This document shows, piece by piece, positions 1 through 9,947 of a DNA stretch of 64,000 bases (position 1 is the first letter of the stretch; each line of letters begins with the position of its first letter). This stretch comes from Sporosarcina sp. GTDB lineage: Bacteria > Bacillota > Bacilli > Bacillales_A > Planococcaceae. The notes below the pieces were generated by a model. It made no database searches. It worked only from the letters and a program-made list of their open reading frames with translations, and was not told the origin of the DNA. Location: NCBI GenBank assembly GCA_026169375.1, contig JAPFCR010000032.1:24266-88265 (forward strand), given 5' to 3'. A program made the position numbers and the translations under genes.

Positions 1-1
1 G

Positions 2-1078
2 TGCAATCATTACCGCAAGCATCGCTGGGTAAACGCCTGCACATCCATTTTGCCCAATCGACAAACCAAATGATCCTGCAAAATTCGCAATTCCATCTGG
101 AACACCAAATCGTTTCGTCTGCGTCTGAATGTTAAGCGGTAAAGCGCCCGCACTAGAACGAGATGTGAAAGCAAAGAGTAAAACATCGCTCGCTTTCTTT
201 ACATAAGTGAGTGGATTTAATCCCGTCATCGTAATGATTAATAAATGAATGGCGAACATAATCGCTAACGCAACATAAGAAGCTAATACGAATTTCCCTA
301 AACTATAGATCGCACCGAAATCAGAAGTCGCAACGGTACGCGCCATAATCGCTAGAACTCCATAAGGCGTTAAACGAAGAACAATCCGCACAACCCCCAT
401 AACAAGTGCATATACTGCATCAATCCCCTTCTTGATAACCGCTGCATGTTCCGGCTCTTTCCGTGAAACTGTTAAATAAGCAAACCCAAGAAAAGCTGCA
501 AAAATAACAACTGCAATCGTTGAAGTTGAACGAGCCCCTGTAAAATCTAAAAATGGATTCGCTGGGAGTAAATCTAAAATTTGTTCAGGTAAAGCACGCT
601 CTATAACAGTTTCAGACGTTTCTTCCATTGAAATCCCTCTCGATAATTCAGCTTCGCCTTGTACAATCTCCGAAGCATCTAATCCGAAAAGTAGTGTAAC
701 TGATATTCCAACAATTGCAGCAATCGCTGTTGTACCAATGAGAATACCTAGAATAGATCCCGCCATTTTACCAAAATTTTTACCAATCGTCACTTTCGTA
801 AAAGCAGCCAAAATTGAAATAAAAACAAGAGGCATAACAATCATTTGAAGTAATTTAACATAACCAACACCAACTAAATTGAACCAAGGAACCGAGGCCA
901 ACAATACCTCTGAACTCGGGCCATAAATAAATTGTAGAATAAGACCAAATCCAACACCAAACCCTAACGCAGTAAAGACTCTTTTAGAAAAAGTAATCTG
1001 TTTTTTATGCATTATATAAAGAACGCCGATTAACAAAAGTAAACCAATGATATTTAAAACACTGAGAAACATCTCCAT
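2..1078 (-). CDS. tcyP: L-cystine/dicarboxylate:Na+ symporter, 3' end beyond window edge (partial)
   Basis: Manual translation from ATG at 1078: MEMFLSVLNIIGLLLLIGVLYIMHKKQITFSKRVFTALGFGVGFGLILQFIYG..., typical TcyP/SDF-family N-terminus; hydrophobic throughout; not in ORF track because it is truncated. Confidence 0.85.
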   Translation of the reverse strand, partial: MEMFLSVLNIIGLLLLIGVLYIMHKKQITFSKRVFTALGFGVGFGLILQFIYGPSSEVLLASVPWFNLVGVGYVKLLQMIVMPLVFISILAAFTKVTIGKNFGKMAGSILGILIGTTAIAAIVGISVTLLFGLDASEIVQGEAELSRGISMEETSETVIERALPEQILDLLPANPFLDFTGARSTSTIAVVIFAAFLGFAYLTVSRKEPEHAAVIKKGIDAVYALVMGVVRIVLRLTPYGVLAIMARTVATSDFGAIYSLGKFVLASYVALAIMFAIHLLIITMTGLNPLTYVKKASDVLLFAFTSRSSAGALPLNIQTQTKRFGVPDGIANFAGSFGLSIGQNGCAGVYPAMLAVMIA

Positions 1079-1305
1079 CAAACTTCCCCCTATATATTTT
1101 ATGGTACAAACACTTTATACCATTAAAACATATCAGTCAAGTAGGGATTGATTGTTATTAGTTTGAAATGAATAACTTAAAACTAAATTACTCCGATGCA
1201 AAGCACTAAGTAATACCTTTCTTTATCACACTTTGTTCGTTTTCTATATAATTCTTTTTTCAATCCGTTATACTGGATATAGCGGAATAATTTTAGGAGG
1301 AGCCT

Positions 1306-2754
1306 ATGACACCGATTCTTAGTTTTGCAGTAACTGGCATTTTAATACTGAATATTTTCCTCGCAATTGCACTTATTTTCTTAGAACGACGTGATGCTAC
1401 ATCTACTTGGGCGTGGTTAATGGTTTTGTTTTTTATTCCTTTTTTTGGATTTTTTATTTACTTAATGTTTGGTCGGAGACTGAGAGAAAAGCATCTTTTC
1501 CGGTGGGAAGGTCGCAATAAAATTGGAATCGATCAACTCATTAACCATCAAATGACATCCATTGAAGACAATACATTACAATTCCGTCATCACGAGATGG
1601 AAAAATATAAAGATATGATTTATTTGCACTTGCGTAACAACGACGCGGTGTTAACACAAGATAATGATATCGAAATTTTCAATGATGGGAACGCTAAGTT
1701 TGAATCTTTAATTGAAGACTTAGAAAAAGCAACTGACCACATTCATATTCAATATTATATTTTCAGACTAGATAATCTCGGAAAAAGAATTCGGGAAGTA
1801 CTCACACGTAAAGCTAAGGAAGGCGTGGAAGTTCGGCTTTTATTTGACGATATGGGGTCACGAAGAGTTTATAAGCGACATTTTCAACAACTCATTCGAT
1901 ATGGTGGAAGTGTGGAAGCTTTTTTCCCATCCATTTTACCACTCATTAACACTCGCCTTAATTATCGAAATCACCGAAAAATCGTTGTGATTGATGGACG
2001 AATTGGTTATATTGGTGGTTTTAACGTGGGAGATGAATATTTAGGTAAAGCAAAGAAATTTGGCTATTGGCGAGATACCCATTTACGAATCGAAGGAAGT
2101 GCGGTACACCCAATCCAAACAAGATTTTTACTCGATTGGAACCAAGCCGCTGAACAAGAAGTTGAATATGCAGATAAATACTTCCCCGAAATTCCACTTA
2201 AAGGCGATGTCAGTATGCAAATTGTATCAAGTGGCCCAGACTCCGAATGGGAACAAATTAAAGACGGCTATTTAAAAATGATTTTCCGTGCTAAAAAGTA
2301 TATTTATATTCAAACACCTTATTTCATCCCTGATGTGAGTTTTTTAGACGCACTGCGAATCGCTTGTCTTTCAGGGGTTGATGTTCGTATTATGATTCCG
2401 AACAAGCCTGATCATATATTTGTTTACTGGGCAACTTATTCAAATGTTGGACATTTACTAAAAGCAGGCGCTAAAATTTATATCTATGATAATGGTTTCT
2501 TGCATGCCAAACAAATTGTCATTGATGACGAAGTCGCTACTGTAGGTACTGCTAACATTGACGTGCGTAGCTTTAAGTTAAATTTTGAGGTAAATGCTTT
2601 TATTTACGATCGTGATAAGTCTCATGAATTAGCGGAATTATTTGAGCAAGACTTGCTTCTTTCAACCGAATTAACACTCGATATATACCGCGAAAGGTCA
2701 TTAACCATTCGCTTAAAAGAATCAATGGCTAATTTAATTTCACCAATTTTATAA
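1306..2754 (+). CDS. cls: Cardiolipin synthase
   Basis: Two N-terminal TM helices, two HKD motifs (NHRKIVVIDG, LHAKQIVIDD), RBS GGAGG. Confidence 0.95.
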   Translation: MTPILSFAVTGILILNIFLAIALIFLERRDATSTWAWLMVLFFIPFFGFFIYLMFGRRLREKHLFRWEGRNKIGIDQLINHQMTSIEDNTLQFRHHEMEKYKDMIYLHLRNNDAVLTQDNDIEIFNDGNAKFESLIEDLEKATDHIHIQYYIFRLDNLGKRIREVLTRKAKEGVEVRLLFDDMGSRRVYKRHFQQLIRYGGSVEAFFPSILPLINTRLNYRNHRKIVVIDGRIGYIGGFNVGDEYLGKAKKFGYWRDTHLRIEGSAVHPIQTRFLLDWNQAAEQEVEYADKYFPEIPLKGDVSMQIVSSGPDSEWEQIKDGYLKMIFRAKKYIYIQTPYFIPDVSFLDALRIACLSGVDVRIMIPNKPDHIFVYWATYSNVGHLLKAGAKIYIYDNGFLHAKQIVIDDEVATVGTANIDVRSFKLNFEVNAFIYDRDKSHELAELFEQDLLLSTELTLDIYRERSLTIRLKESMANLISPIL

Positions 2755-2755
2755 C

Positions 2756-2800
2756 AAAAAAGATGTCCATTCGTCAGACGACTACATGGACATCTTTTTT
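2756..2800. terminator. Bidirectional intrinsic terminator
   Basis: AAAAAAGATGTCCAT...ATGGACATCTTTTTT between convergent genes. Confidence 0.85.
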
Positions 2801-3653
2801 ATAGACCTAAATATTCTTCTAATGTACGATCATTTTCGTAAATGTCTTTTGCAATTTCCTCTCCAACATAACGGAAGTGCCAAGACTCATGCATATAGCC
2901 TGTAATCGGTTCTTTGCCTTCTGGATAACGCATAATAAACCCAAACAAATGCGCATTTTGTGCAATCCACTTTCCAGCTTCAGTTTCTCCAAAGCTAGCA
3001 GATGCCCAATCTTGCTCTTTGTTAACTTCACCAATGTCAAAAGCAAGACCTGTTTGATGTTCAGAATATCCTGGGCGCGCACTGTAGCGATCTGCTTCTT
3101 CTACACCATCTCGCTCAACATATCGGTCGTAAAGATCTGTTTGATATTCAAAAGAACGATACGTACTAAAAGCGACTAACTGAAAATTTTCCAGTGAAGC
3201 TGCGGCCGCCATTTTATCGAAGGCTTCACGCGCTTCCTTACTTTCACCTGGTGCAAATGTACTCGGAAGCGGATTTCTTTTGTTCGCAATGAGTATCCCT
3301 TCAATATAGGTTGGCTTCCCTGGCAACTCCTGTCCTTCTATGTACTGAATGGCTTCTTCTGTCGTCAATTCTTCCTCAGCGTTCGTTTCTGTCGAGCTTT
3401 TATCATCTTCATGGTTCTCATCTCCAGCCTCTAAAGACTGGTTAGGCTCTTTTTCGTTTGATGGGAACCTATGAACAATCGCTTCTTCAATTTGTGTATA
3501 ACTTTTTTCAACATCCCAATCATTCCACCAAATCCAAGCGACCGCCGATAGAATAAAAAAGGCTCCAATGACAATCAACACAATCGACAGCGTCTTCTTC
3601 TTTTTCTTTTTCTTCTTCTCACTTCGAAACATATAGGATTGATTTTTCTTCAC
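2799..3653 (-). CDS. M15B (VanY-like) D-alanyl-D-alanine / LD-carboxypeptidase, membrane anchored
   Basis: SYR, ARPGYSEHQTGLAFD and ESWHFRYVG zinc-peptidase motifs; basic N-terminus followed by a TM helix. Confidence 0.9.
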   Translation of the reverse strand: MKKNQSYMFRSEKKKKKKKKTLSIVLIVIGAFFILSAVAWIWWNDWDVEKSYTQIEEAIVHRFPSNEKEPNQSLEAGDENHEDDKSSTETNAEEELTTEEAIQYIEGQELPGKPTYIEGILIANKRNPLPSTFAPGESKEAREAFDKMAAAASLENFQLVAFSTYRSFEYQTDLYDRYVERDGVEEADRYSARPGYSEHQTGLAFDIGEVNKEQDWASASFGETEAGKWIAQNAHLFGFIMRYPEGKEPITGYMHESWHFRYVGEEIAKDIYENDRTLEEYLGL

Positions 3654-3706
3654 TATTTAGCCGTCCTTTGCCTAATCTCTTTTTATCTTCACCTGTTTAT
3701 TTTTCA

Positions 3707-3955
3707 CTATAATATAATCGTGACAACAAATACAATCACAAACAAAACAATAAAGCTTATCGCGATTCGATTCATCCATTTTGCTTCCCGAATCAATCCA
3801 CGGTCTTTAAATGCTTGTGCCCGCATTAAATTTGTTAATGTAAAAACACCTAAAATTGATAACAAAGCAAAATTCATATTCATATGATAAACCGATAATG
3901 ATGCACCTGCAATCCCTATTAAAATTCCAGCTGCTATAAACCATTTTACATCCAT
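3707..3955 (-). CDS. Small membrane protein (~82 aa)
   Basis: Start reassigned to MDVKWF behind RBS GAGGAGG; three hydrophobic segments. Confidence 0.7.
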   Translation of the reverse strand: MDVKWFIAAGILIGIAGASLSVYHMNMNFALLSILGVFTLTNLMRAQAFKDRGLIREAKWMNRIAISFIVLFVIVFVVTIIL

Positions 3956-4007
3956 TTTGAAAACCTCCTCAAAAAAAAGCCGAAGAATGCTCTTCGACTT
4001 CTCTTGA

Positions 4008-4808
4008 TTATTCTTTTGAATTTGCATCTTTTGCTGAAGCTTCTGCAGCCGGCTCAACATCTTTAAAATACAGTTTACGGCCAAGATACGTTTGAACGAT
4101 TAATAACGTACCTCCTACCGCCCAGTAAAGCGGAAGTGCAGCAACAGCTTTTAAAGAAATGAACATAATCATAACCGGCGATAAATAAATGAACATTTTC
4201 ATTTGTTGTTTTTGTTGTTCAGGCATTGTCCATAGAGAAACTCTTGCTTGAACAAAGTAAACAGCACCTGCAACAAGCATCATAATAATGTCTGGTTCAC
4301 CTAGGTTAAACCATAGGAATTTCTGTTCACCCACTTCAGGCGAGTATAAAATTGCAAAATATAAGCCCATAATAATCGGCATTTGGATCAAGAGCGGAAG
4401 ACAGCCCATATTTAACGGGTTGACACCATGCTTTTGATAAAGTCCCATCATTTCCTGCTGCAATTTCATTTGCTCGTCTTTATCTTCAGCTTCTTTTGCT
4501 TCTTTCAAGCGCTTTTGGATATCTTCCATTTCTGGTCGAAGTGCATCCATCTTCACTTTCATTTCCTGTTGCGACTTGTAATTTCGAAGCATTAAAGGCA
4601 TTAAAATAAGACGAATTAATACCGTAATGACGATAATTGCAAATCCGTAACTCCCATTGAATAAACCACTAAAAAACTCTAGTAGTCCTTCCATTGGTTT
4701 TACAAAAAGATTGTAAAAATTACCTTCTTTGTTTTCGACACCCGCACACCCACTTAACACAAGTGCTACCGTTGTTAAGATTGATATTAAACCGATTCGT
4801 TTTTTCAA
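4008..4808 (-). CDS. yidC: Membrane protein insertase YidC/OxaA (lipoprotein)
   Basis: Lipobox LSGC; YGFAIIVITVLIRL, GCLPLLIQMPI and LPLYWAVG motifs; likely TTG start at 4808 behind GAAGGTG (track start 4823). Confidence 0.93.
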   Translation of the reverse strand: MKKRIGLISILTTVALVLSGCAGVENKEGNFYNLFVKPMEGLLEFFSGLFNGSYGFAIIVITVLIRLILMPLMLRNYKSQQEMKVKMDALRPEMEDIQKRLKEAKEAEDKDEQMKLQQEMMGLYQKHGVNPLNMGCLPLLIQMPIIMGLYFAILYSPEVGEQKFLWFNLGEPDIIMMLVAGAVYFVQARVSLWTMPEQQKQQMKMFIYLSPVMIMFISLKAVAALPLYWAVGGTLLIVQTYLGRKLYFKDVEPAAEASAKDANSKE

Positions 4809-4889
4809 TAGATTCACCTTCATTAATTCAAGCTACTAAAAAGTATACAACAAATCGAAGACAATTTACAATAATTCATCGTCTTCAAT

Positions 4890-5672
4890 TTACTTTTCTT
4901 GTTGAAGGTAAAATTTAAAATAATTTCCCTGGATATTATTTTTGAATTTTCTCGGCGTTAATCCTGTGTATTTCTTAAAAATCCTTGTAAAGTAACTTTG
5001 ATTACAAAAGTGGAAGTTATCCGATATATCTGATATTTTTTGATTTGAAAATCTCAAATAATACTGCGACTCTTCCACTTTTTTAATATTAATATATTCC
5101 ACAAGCGTAATCCCCGAATACTCTCGAAAGATACGCGATAAATGACTTGTACTCACTTTAAACCGCTTTGCGAGCCCTTCGACTGATAACGACGATAATA
5201 CCTCTGTATCAATAAACTCAATCACTTCATTCACTGTTTGATGAAGTAAATTAGGATGTTCTCTTCTCTCGATTTTATAAGTAAAAAACACAATAATTTC
5301 ACCTAGGACATCGACTGCATTTTTGTCATTTAACTTCTCTTCTATTAACGCCACACTCGTTGAGTTGAAAGTGAAAATCTTCTCTGTTGGCAAACGTAGT
5401 TTCTGCATTTGCTTTGAAATTGTGCCCACGAGTCCAACAAAATAATATTTAAAACTTGGATAATGCCCCTTTTCCACAAAACCTTGCATCATCTTCACAA
5501 GTGTTTTTGCATCATTTTTTGCCTTCTCTTTTTCAAATTCAAATAAATAATCAACGAAACGCTCTTCTATTTTATAAAACAGTTCAATTTGCGAAATTTC
5601 TTTAGCTCGTTCTTCATTCCAAGTTGCGTCAATATCTACCTCTTGATCTTGCTCAAATGCAAGCTGGCCCAT
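4890..5672 (-). CDS. AraC-family transcriptional regulator
   Basis: C-terminal dual HTH (LAKRFKVSTSHLSRIFRE...FCNQSYFTRIFKKYTGLTP); likely start MGQLAF behind GAGGTG. Confidence 0.9.
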   Translation of the reverse strand: MGQLAFEQDQEVDIDATWNEERAKEISQIELFYKIEERFVDYLFEFEKEKAKNDAKTLVKMMQGFVEKGHYPSFKYYFVGLVGTISKQMQKLRLPTEKIFTFNSTSVALIEEKLNDKNAVDVLGEIIVFFTYKIERREHPNLLHQTVNEVIEFIDTEVLSSLSVEGLAKRFKVSTSHLSRIFREYSGITLVEYINIKKVEESQYYLRFSNQKISDISDNFHFCNQSYFTRIFKKYTGLTPRKFKNNIQGNYFKFYLQQEK

Positions 5673-5770
5673 GGCTTTCACCTCTCATCTTCCTGATGTT
5701 GGATGACTGAAGGGTTTTCTTACCGAACAGGCATCCGTTTTGCGTAAAATCTTTTCATATGCGCTTTATT

Positions 5771-6085
5771 TTATTCCTCTTCTTTATAAAGTCCGCTTGT
5801 CTTTTCTTTAGTGTTATCTTGAATTTCCTGATTATAATAATGAACACTAGTCTGTGCACCTTCACTGACCATCTCATTGTCGTCCACATCATATGGGTCT
5901 GGATTACCTGCTTTCGTTCCAGGTGTATGTTGTACTTTCTGAGACTCTATAAATGACTCTACTTTTGTTTTCATGTTGTTAAACGCCACTTGTGCTTTGT
6001 CACGATTTTCTTTTTTACTAAAATATGCATAAGCACCTGCTGCTAATGTTGCCAGTAGTAACCTATTTTTCTTTTTGTTACCCAT
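5771..6085 (-). CDS. Small hypothetical protein with N-terminal hydrophobic segment
   Basis: ORF with RBS GAGAGGA; LLLATLAAGAYAYF segment. Confidence 0.7.
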   Translation of the reverse strand: MGNKKKNRLLLATLAAGAYAYFSKKENRDKAQVAFNNMKTKVESFIESQKVQHTPGTKAGNPDPYDVDDNEMVSEGAQTSVHYYNQEIQDNTKEKTSGLYKEEE

Positions 6086-6271
6086 TCAAAATCAGTCCTC
6101 TCTTTAATCTATACGTGTATGTCATGAGTATACCCTTTTAAATGAATTAAAAACCTTCTTTTGTAAACTTGTGATATATCCCGCGCTTTAGCTAGCCTTC
6201 GCATATTTTATCTCAATAAAGAAAAGATTATCCGGAAATCAAATTTTTGATTTCCCGGATAATCCTGTTTT

Positions 6272-6745
6272 TTATAGAGGTCTCATTGAATCATCAAAAT
6301 TCTCTTCTACAAAAGATGATTCTGATGGCTGATAGGGTGGCTTTTTCGTAAAGCTCAAAATTGCCGCAATGTAAAGCATGATTGAAGTTGGTGATATAAT
6401 AAATACAAACAATCCTGCAATAATAAACATAATTCCTGCTAGTTTTGGATTTTTATTATTCCAAATAGAAACCATACCAACAATTGTTGCAATCAAGCTA
6501 ATGAACAATACAATCACAATAAACCAACCAAATCCACTAACCGAGTCTAATATAGAAAGCACCATTTGAGCTTCCTCAGGTTCCAATGTAGGATCTGCGT
6601 AAACATCCGCTTCAAGCTCTCTACGAATTTCACCATCAGATAAAGCCTTTCCAAATATAACAAGAATAAAACTAGGAAGTAACGCTAACGCTGTAAAAAC
6701 TAAACTTACAATTGATAATACTTTTTCTGCCGTACGATTAATCAT
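6272..6745 (-). CDS. DUF4064-type membrane protein
   Basis: NRTAEKVLSIV N-terminus, 3-4 TM helices, RBS AGGAGG. Confidence 0.75.
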   Translation of the reverse strand: MINRTAEKVLSIVSLVFTALALLPSFILVIFGKALSDGEIRRELEADVYADPTLEPEEAQMVLSILDSVSGFGWFIVIVLFISLIATIVGMVSIWNNKNPKLAGIMFIIAGLFVFIISPTSIMLYIAAILSFTKKPPYQPSESSFVEENFDDSMRPL

Positions 6746-6867
6746 GCCGTCAAAATCCTCCTTTTCCTTATACTAAACATACGTTTCAAATGGGAATAAG
6801 TTTCATACTCATTAAATTTTAAAAAGAAAAAACAATTCGCCAAAAAGCAAACGAATTGTTTTAGTTG

Positions 6868-7149
6868 TTAAGCTTTTACATCAGCATATTCATCATAACG
6901 CTCGAATGCCGTTACGACATATGAACAAATTGGTTCCATTTTATAATCATGTTCACGTGCATAATCTGCTGCACGATCAAGTAACTTTTTCGCAACGCCT
7001 TGTCCTCTTAGTTTTGGCGAAACAAAAGTATGCTCTACCGCCATGACATCGCCAAGCATCGTCCAAGAAATTTCAGCAAGGACCTCTTCTCCCTCCAGGT
7101 GACGAAACGCAAATTCTTCACTTTCTAAATTTGTAAATTCAAATTCCAT
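6868..7149 (-). CDS. Small GNAT N-acetyltransferase (YjdJ-like)
   Basis: HTFVSPKLRGQGVAKKL acetyl-CoA motif; PICSYV. Confidence 0.9.
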   Translation of the reverse strand: MEFEFTNLESEEFAFRHLEGEEVLAEISWTMLGDVMAVEHTFVSPKLRGQGVAKKLLDRAADYAREHDYKMEPICSYVVTAFERYDEYADVKA

Positions 7150-7329
7150 TTCTATTGCCTCCTTCCAGAATTAGTTTGGTGGAATTTTTCAAATAATCAT
7201 TCTTTTAGTATATCAACAGTTTCTACTTTCGTAAAGCCCAAGTTAAGTAGCTTACGATTCGAAATCCCTCTATTCATGCCACAACTCAAAAAAGCAAACT
7301 TCTTTTCAATCAGAAGTTTGCTCACTTAC

Positions 7330-8238
7330 TTAGTTAAACCATGATTTTATCGAATCAATTAAATCAGAAAAGAACTCTCTTATTTTCTCCCAAAAACTTG
7401 GGTCAATTTCACCAAGTTTCTCTTTAATTTTACTACTGAAATCCGAAAGTTGTTCTGAAAGCTTTCCAAAGTCAATATCGAGACCGCGAATTTTATCCAT
7501 TAAATCAATTAGTAGTTGACGATCTGCTTCACTCAATTCAATGTTCAACTTTTTTAGTTGCTCCGAAACAATTTTCTCTACATCTTCTTTTGTTGCAGGG
7601 TTACGGTCAGAAATTTCTTTTTTTATGTCAGTTAATAACTCAGACACTTTTTCTTTATCTATTCCTGCATCTTCTGCAAACTTTGTTGCTAAATTCAATT
7701 CGTCATTCGCAACGTCTGTCCGTTCCGTATCTAATTTTTCACCTGAAACTTCATAAGCTTTATAAATCCCTGTCAGCGCAGAATGCCCAGTTACTTTTCT
7801 AGGCGATGCGATTTCTACAATGGCATCTTCCACACCAGCAGTTAGCATAGCTGTTCCATACATATCTGCTGTCACTTGAGTAATATTATCTTCTGTTATA
7901 ATTTTAATGACAAGACCTGTTCCAGCATCTTGTCTTTTAATTTTTGCTGAAGAAAACATCCTAGCATTCGGATCTCCATCAGGAATATATTTGACTAAAT
8001 CTGTTCCATCAATATAAATCTCTTCTACTTCTGCTTCTTGGTCTACTCCAAGGCTTTTTCTTACACTTTCTTTCTCTGCATCCGATAAATTTGCACCTAA
8101 CACAACAATGGGTACACCAAGTTTCTCATCAATGACTCCCTCTGCTTGTGCTGAGCTTGGCAAGATCCATGCAAATAATAGAACGAAAGCGGTAAACAAA
8201 AGACTGATTCGTTTCACTTTCCAAAACCTCCTTGTCAT
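7330..8238 (-). CDS. DUF1002 (YpuA-like) secreted protein
   Basis: Signal peptide; SSAKI and VTGHSALTGIYKAYE motifs. Confidence 0.85.
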   Translation of the reverse strand: MTRRFWKVKRISLLFTAFVLLFAWILPSSAQAEGVIDEKLGVPIVVLGANLSDAEKESVRKSLGVDQEAEVEEIYIDGTDLVKYIPDGDPNARMFSSAKIKRQDAGTGLVIKIITEDNITQVTADMYGTAMLTAGVEDAIVEIASPRKVTGHSALTGIYKAYEVSGEKLDTERTDVANDELNLATKFAEDAGIDKEKVSELLTDIKKEISDRNPATKEDVEKIVSEQLKKLNIELSEADRQLLIDLMDKIRGLDIDFGKLSEQLSDFSSKIKEKLGEIDPSFWEKIREFFSDLIDSIKSWFN

Positions 8239-8338
8239 CTATTAGTACGTTTACATCACAAATAGGTTGCCGATCAATCAATTTTTGTATCATTCTACAT
8301 TAAGCTTATCTTTAAGTTTACATACTCGGGTCGTTATT

Positions 8339-9217
8339 TCACGCGTTGTCAGTTTCAGTGGATTTCGTCCAACCGTCTTCTTGAATCACTTTTCGCTCTC
8401 TCATTAAACGACCAAGTGCGCGTTTAAAAGCACCTTTACTCATGTCGAACATTTCACGAATTTCGTCTGGTGATGACTTATCTGTAAACGGCATCTTGCC
8501 GCCAATTTCCATTAAATACGTGTAAATTACTTCTGAATCACCTGATAATCGTTCTTCTACTCTTGGTAATAATGAACCGTTCATCGTTCCATCATCGTGA
8601 ACATCAATCACACGTACTTTCAATTCCTCTCCTAATCTTGGCTCCGCTTTACGCTCTGATTCATGAACGAAAATACGATAATTTTCTGGAATTGTTAACA
8701 TAAAAGAGCCTACTGGCAATAAACGATAAGGTCTTGCAGTCACATCTGCATTAAACAAAGAAGGTTCTGCAAACCCGACTCGTTCCATAACACGTTCTTC
8801 TGTGGCAAGTCTGCCGAAAATATTGCCCCCTAAATCCTTTCGAAGTGTCATGTAAAGTTCGTCACCCGGTTGTGGCCATAATTTTTTAATTTGCGGTAAG
8901 TCAGCCCCGTTAACGAGGACTTCAAACGACGATCCGATATCTACGTAGACACCTTCTCTTGGTTCTGTACGAATCACTTTCGCCCATCCAAATGCATCAA
9001 TTGTCATATTCGGCATTTCCATCGTTGCTGTTAATTCTTTTCGACGATTTACATATAAAAACACTTCAACAAAGTCACCAATTTGAACTGTTTCTTCTGC
9101 ATCTGAAACGTTCATTAAAATTCTTTCTTCATCATGATTTAAAACCCATCTTGATCCTTCTCGGTCAATTACTTCTAATTTTGTAATACTTCCTGATTGT
9201 AATTCTGTCATCTTCAC
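8339..9217 (-). CDS. cvfB: CvfB/YitL-family S1-domain RNA-binding protein
   Basis: S1 repeats; C-terminal [26 protein letters not shown] winged helix. Confidence 0.9.
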   Translation of the reverse strand: MKMTELQSGSITKLEVIDREGSRWVLNHDEERILMNVSDAEETVQIGDFVEVFLYVNRRKELTATMEMPNMTIDAFGWAKVIRTEPREGVYVDIGSSFEVLVNGADLPQIKKLWPQPGDELYMTLRKDLGGNIFGRLATEERVMERVGFAEPSLFNADVTARPYRLLPVGSFMLTIPENYRIFVHESERKAEPRLGEELKVRVIDVHDDGTMNGSLLPRVEERLSGDSEVIYTYLMEIGGKMPFTDKSSPDEIREMFDMSKGAFKRALGRLMRERKVIQEDGWTKSTETDNA

Positions 9218-9639
9218 TCATCCTTTTGTTTTGTTCTATCTTCTTTTAATTGTTTTACAAATTTTGGATTCCTTTCTAATGCTTCCACTAAATCTGTAAT
9301 TCGATCAATTGCATTCCAACTTAAATGATGCTCAATGCCTTCAACATCTTCGTAAATCTTCTCTTCTTTCACACCTATTATACGCAAAAACTCTTCCAAT
9401 ATATCGTGTCTTTTCACAAGTTTCTTGCCAAAAGCTAAACCCCTATCCGTTAGTTCTATCCCTTTATATCGTTCATAATAAACATATCCTTCGCGGTCGA
9501 GTCGCTGCACCATTTTTGTTACAGATGAAGGTAATACGTCTAAAGAATCTGCAATGTCAGATGCTCGGGCAAGTCCACTCCGTTCAATATGTAAATAAAT
9601 CTGTTCTAAGTAATCTTCCATACCTGGTGTCGCCATCAT
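9214..9639 (-). CDS. mntR: Manganese transport regulator MntR (DtxR family)
   Basis: [22 protein letters not shown] and [11 protein letters not shown] motifs. Confidence 0.95.
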   Translation of the reverse strand: MMATPGMEDYLEQIYLHIERSGLARASDIADSLDVLPSSVTKMVQRLDREGYVYYERYKGIELTDRGLAFGKKLVKRHDILEEFLRIIGVKEEKIYEDVEGIEHHLSWNAIDRITDLVEALERNPKFVKQLKEDRTKQKDE

Positions 9640-9737
9640 TCATTTGCCTCCAGTAAAATTTAATCGTTTTTCAAAAATTTGTTTAAATTATTTTTTCAAT
9701 GGGTAAAGTAAGACAAATAAGATAAGAGGTGAACAAC

Positions 9738-9893
9738 ATGGGTCAGTTTCTTTGGTTTATCATTGTAGCACTTATTGCATTTTGGGTATTAGGCCTCGTA
9801 TTTAAAATTGGCGGCGGACTTATCCATATTGTATTAATCATTGCGGGGATTATTTTCATCTTCCAATTAATTACCGGAAGGCGAGCCAATTAA
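9738..9893 (+). CDS. Small membrane protein (lmo0937-like, 51 aa), absent from ORF track
   Basis: RBS GAGGTG; MGQFLWFIIVALIAFWVLGLVFKIGGGLIHIVLIIAGIIFIFQLITGRRAN; followed by terminator hairpin 9896-9932. Confidence 0.85.
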   Translation: MGQFLWFIIVALIAFWVLGLVFKIGGGLIHIVLIIAGIIFIFQLITGRRAN

Positions 9894-9947
9894 CGAAAGG
9901 GATGTCGACTCATCTAGTCTGGCATCCCTTTCTATTATACAACTTAC

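Noticed and set aside
3597-3622. Purine-rich low-complexity tract as a microsatellite or phase-variation site
   Set aside because: Encodes an in-frame poly-Lys cytoplasmic stop-transfer segment with mixed codons, not a pure repeat.
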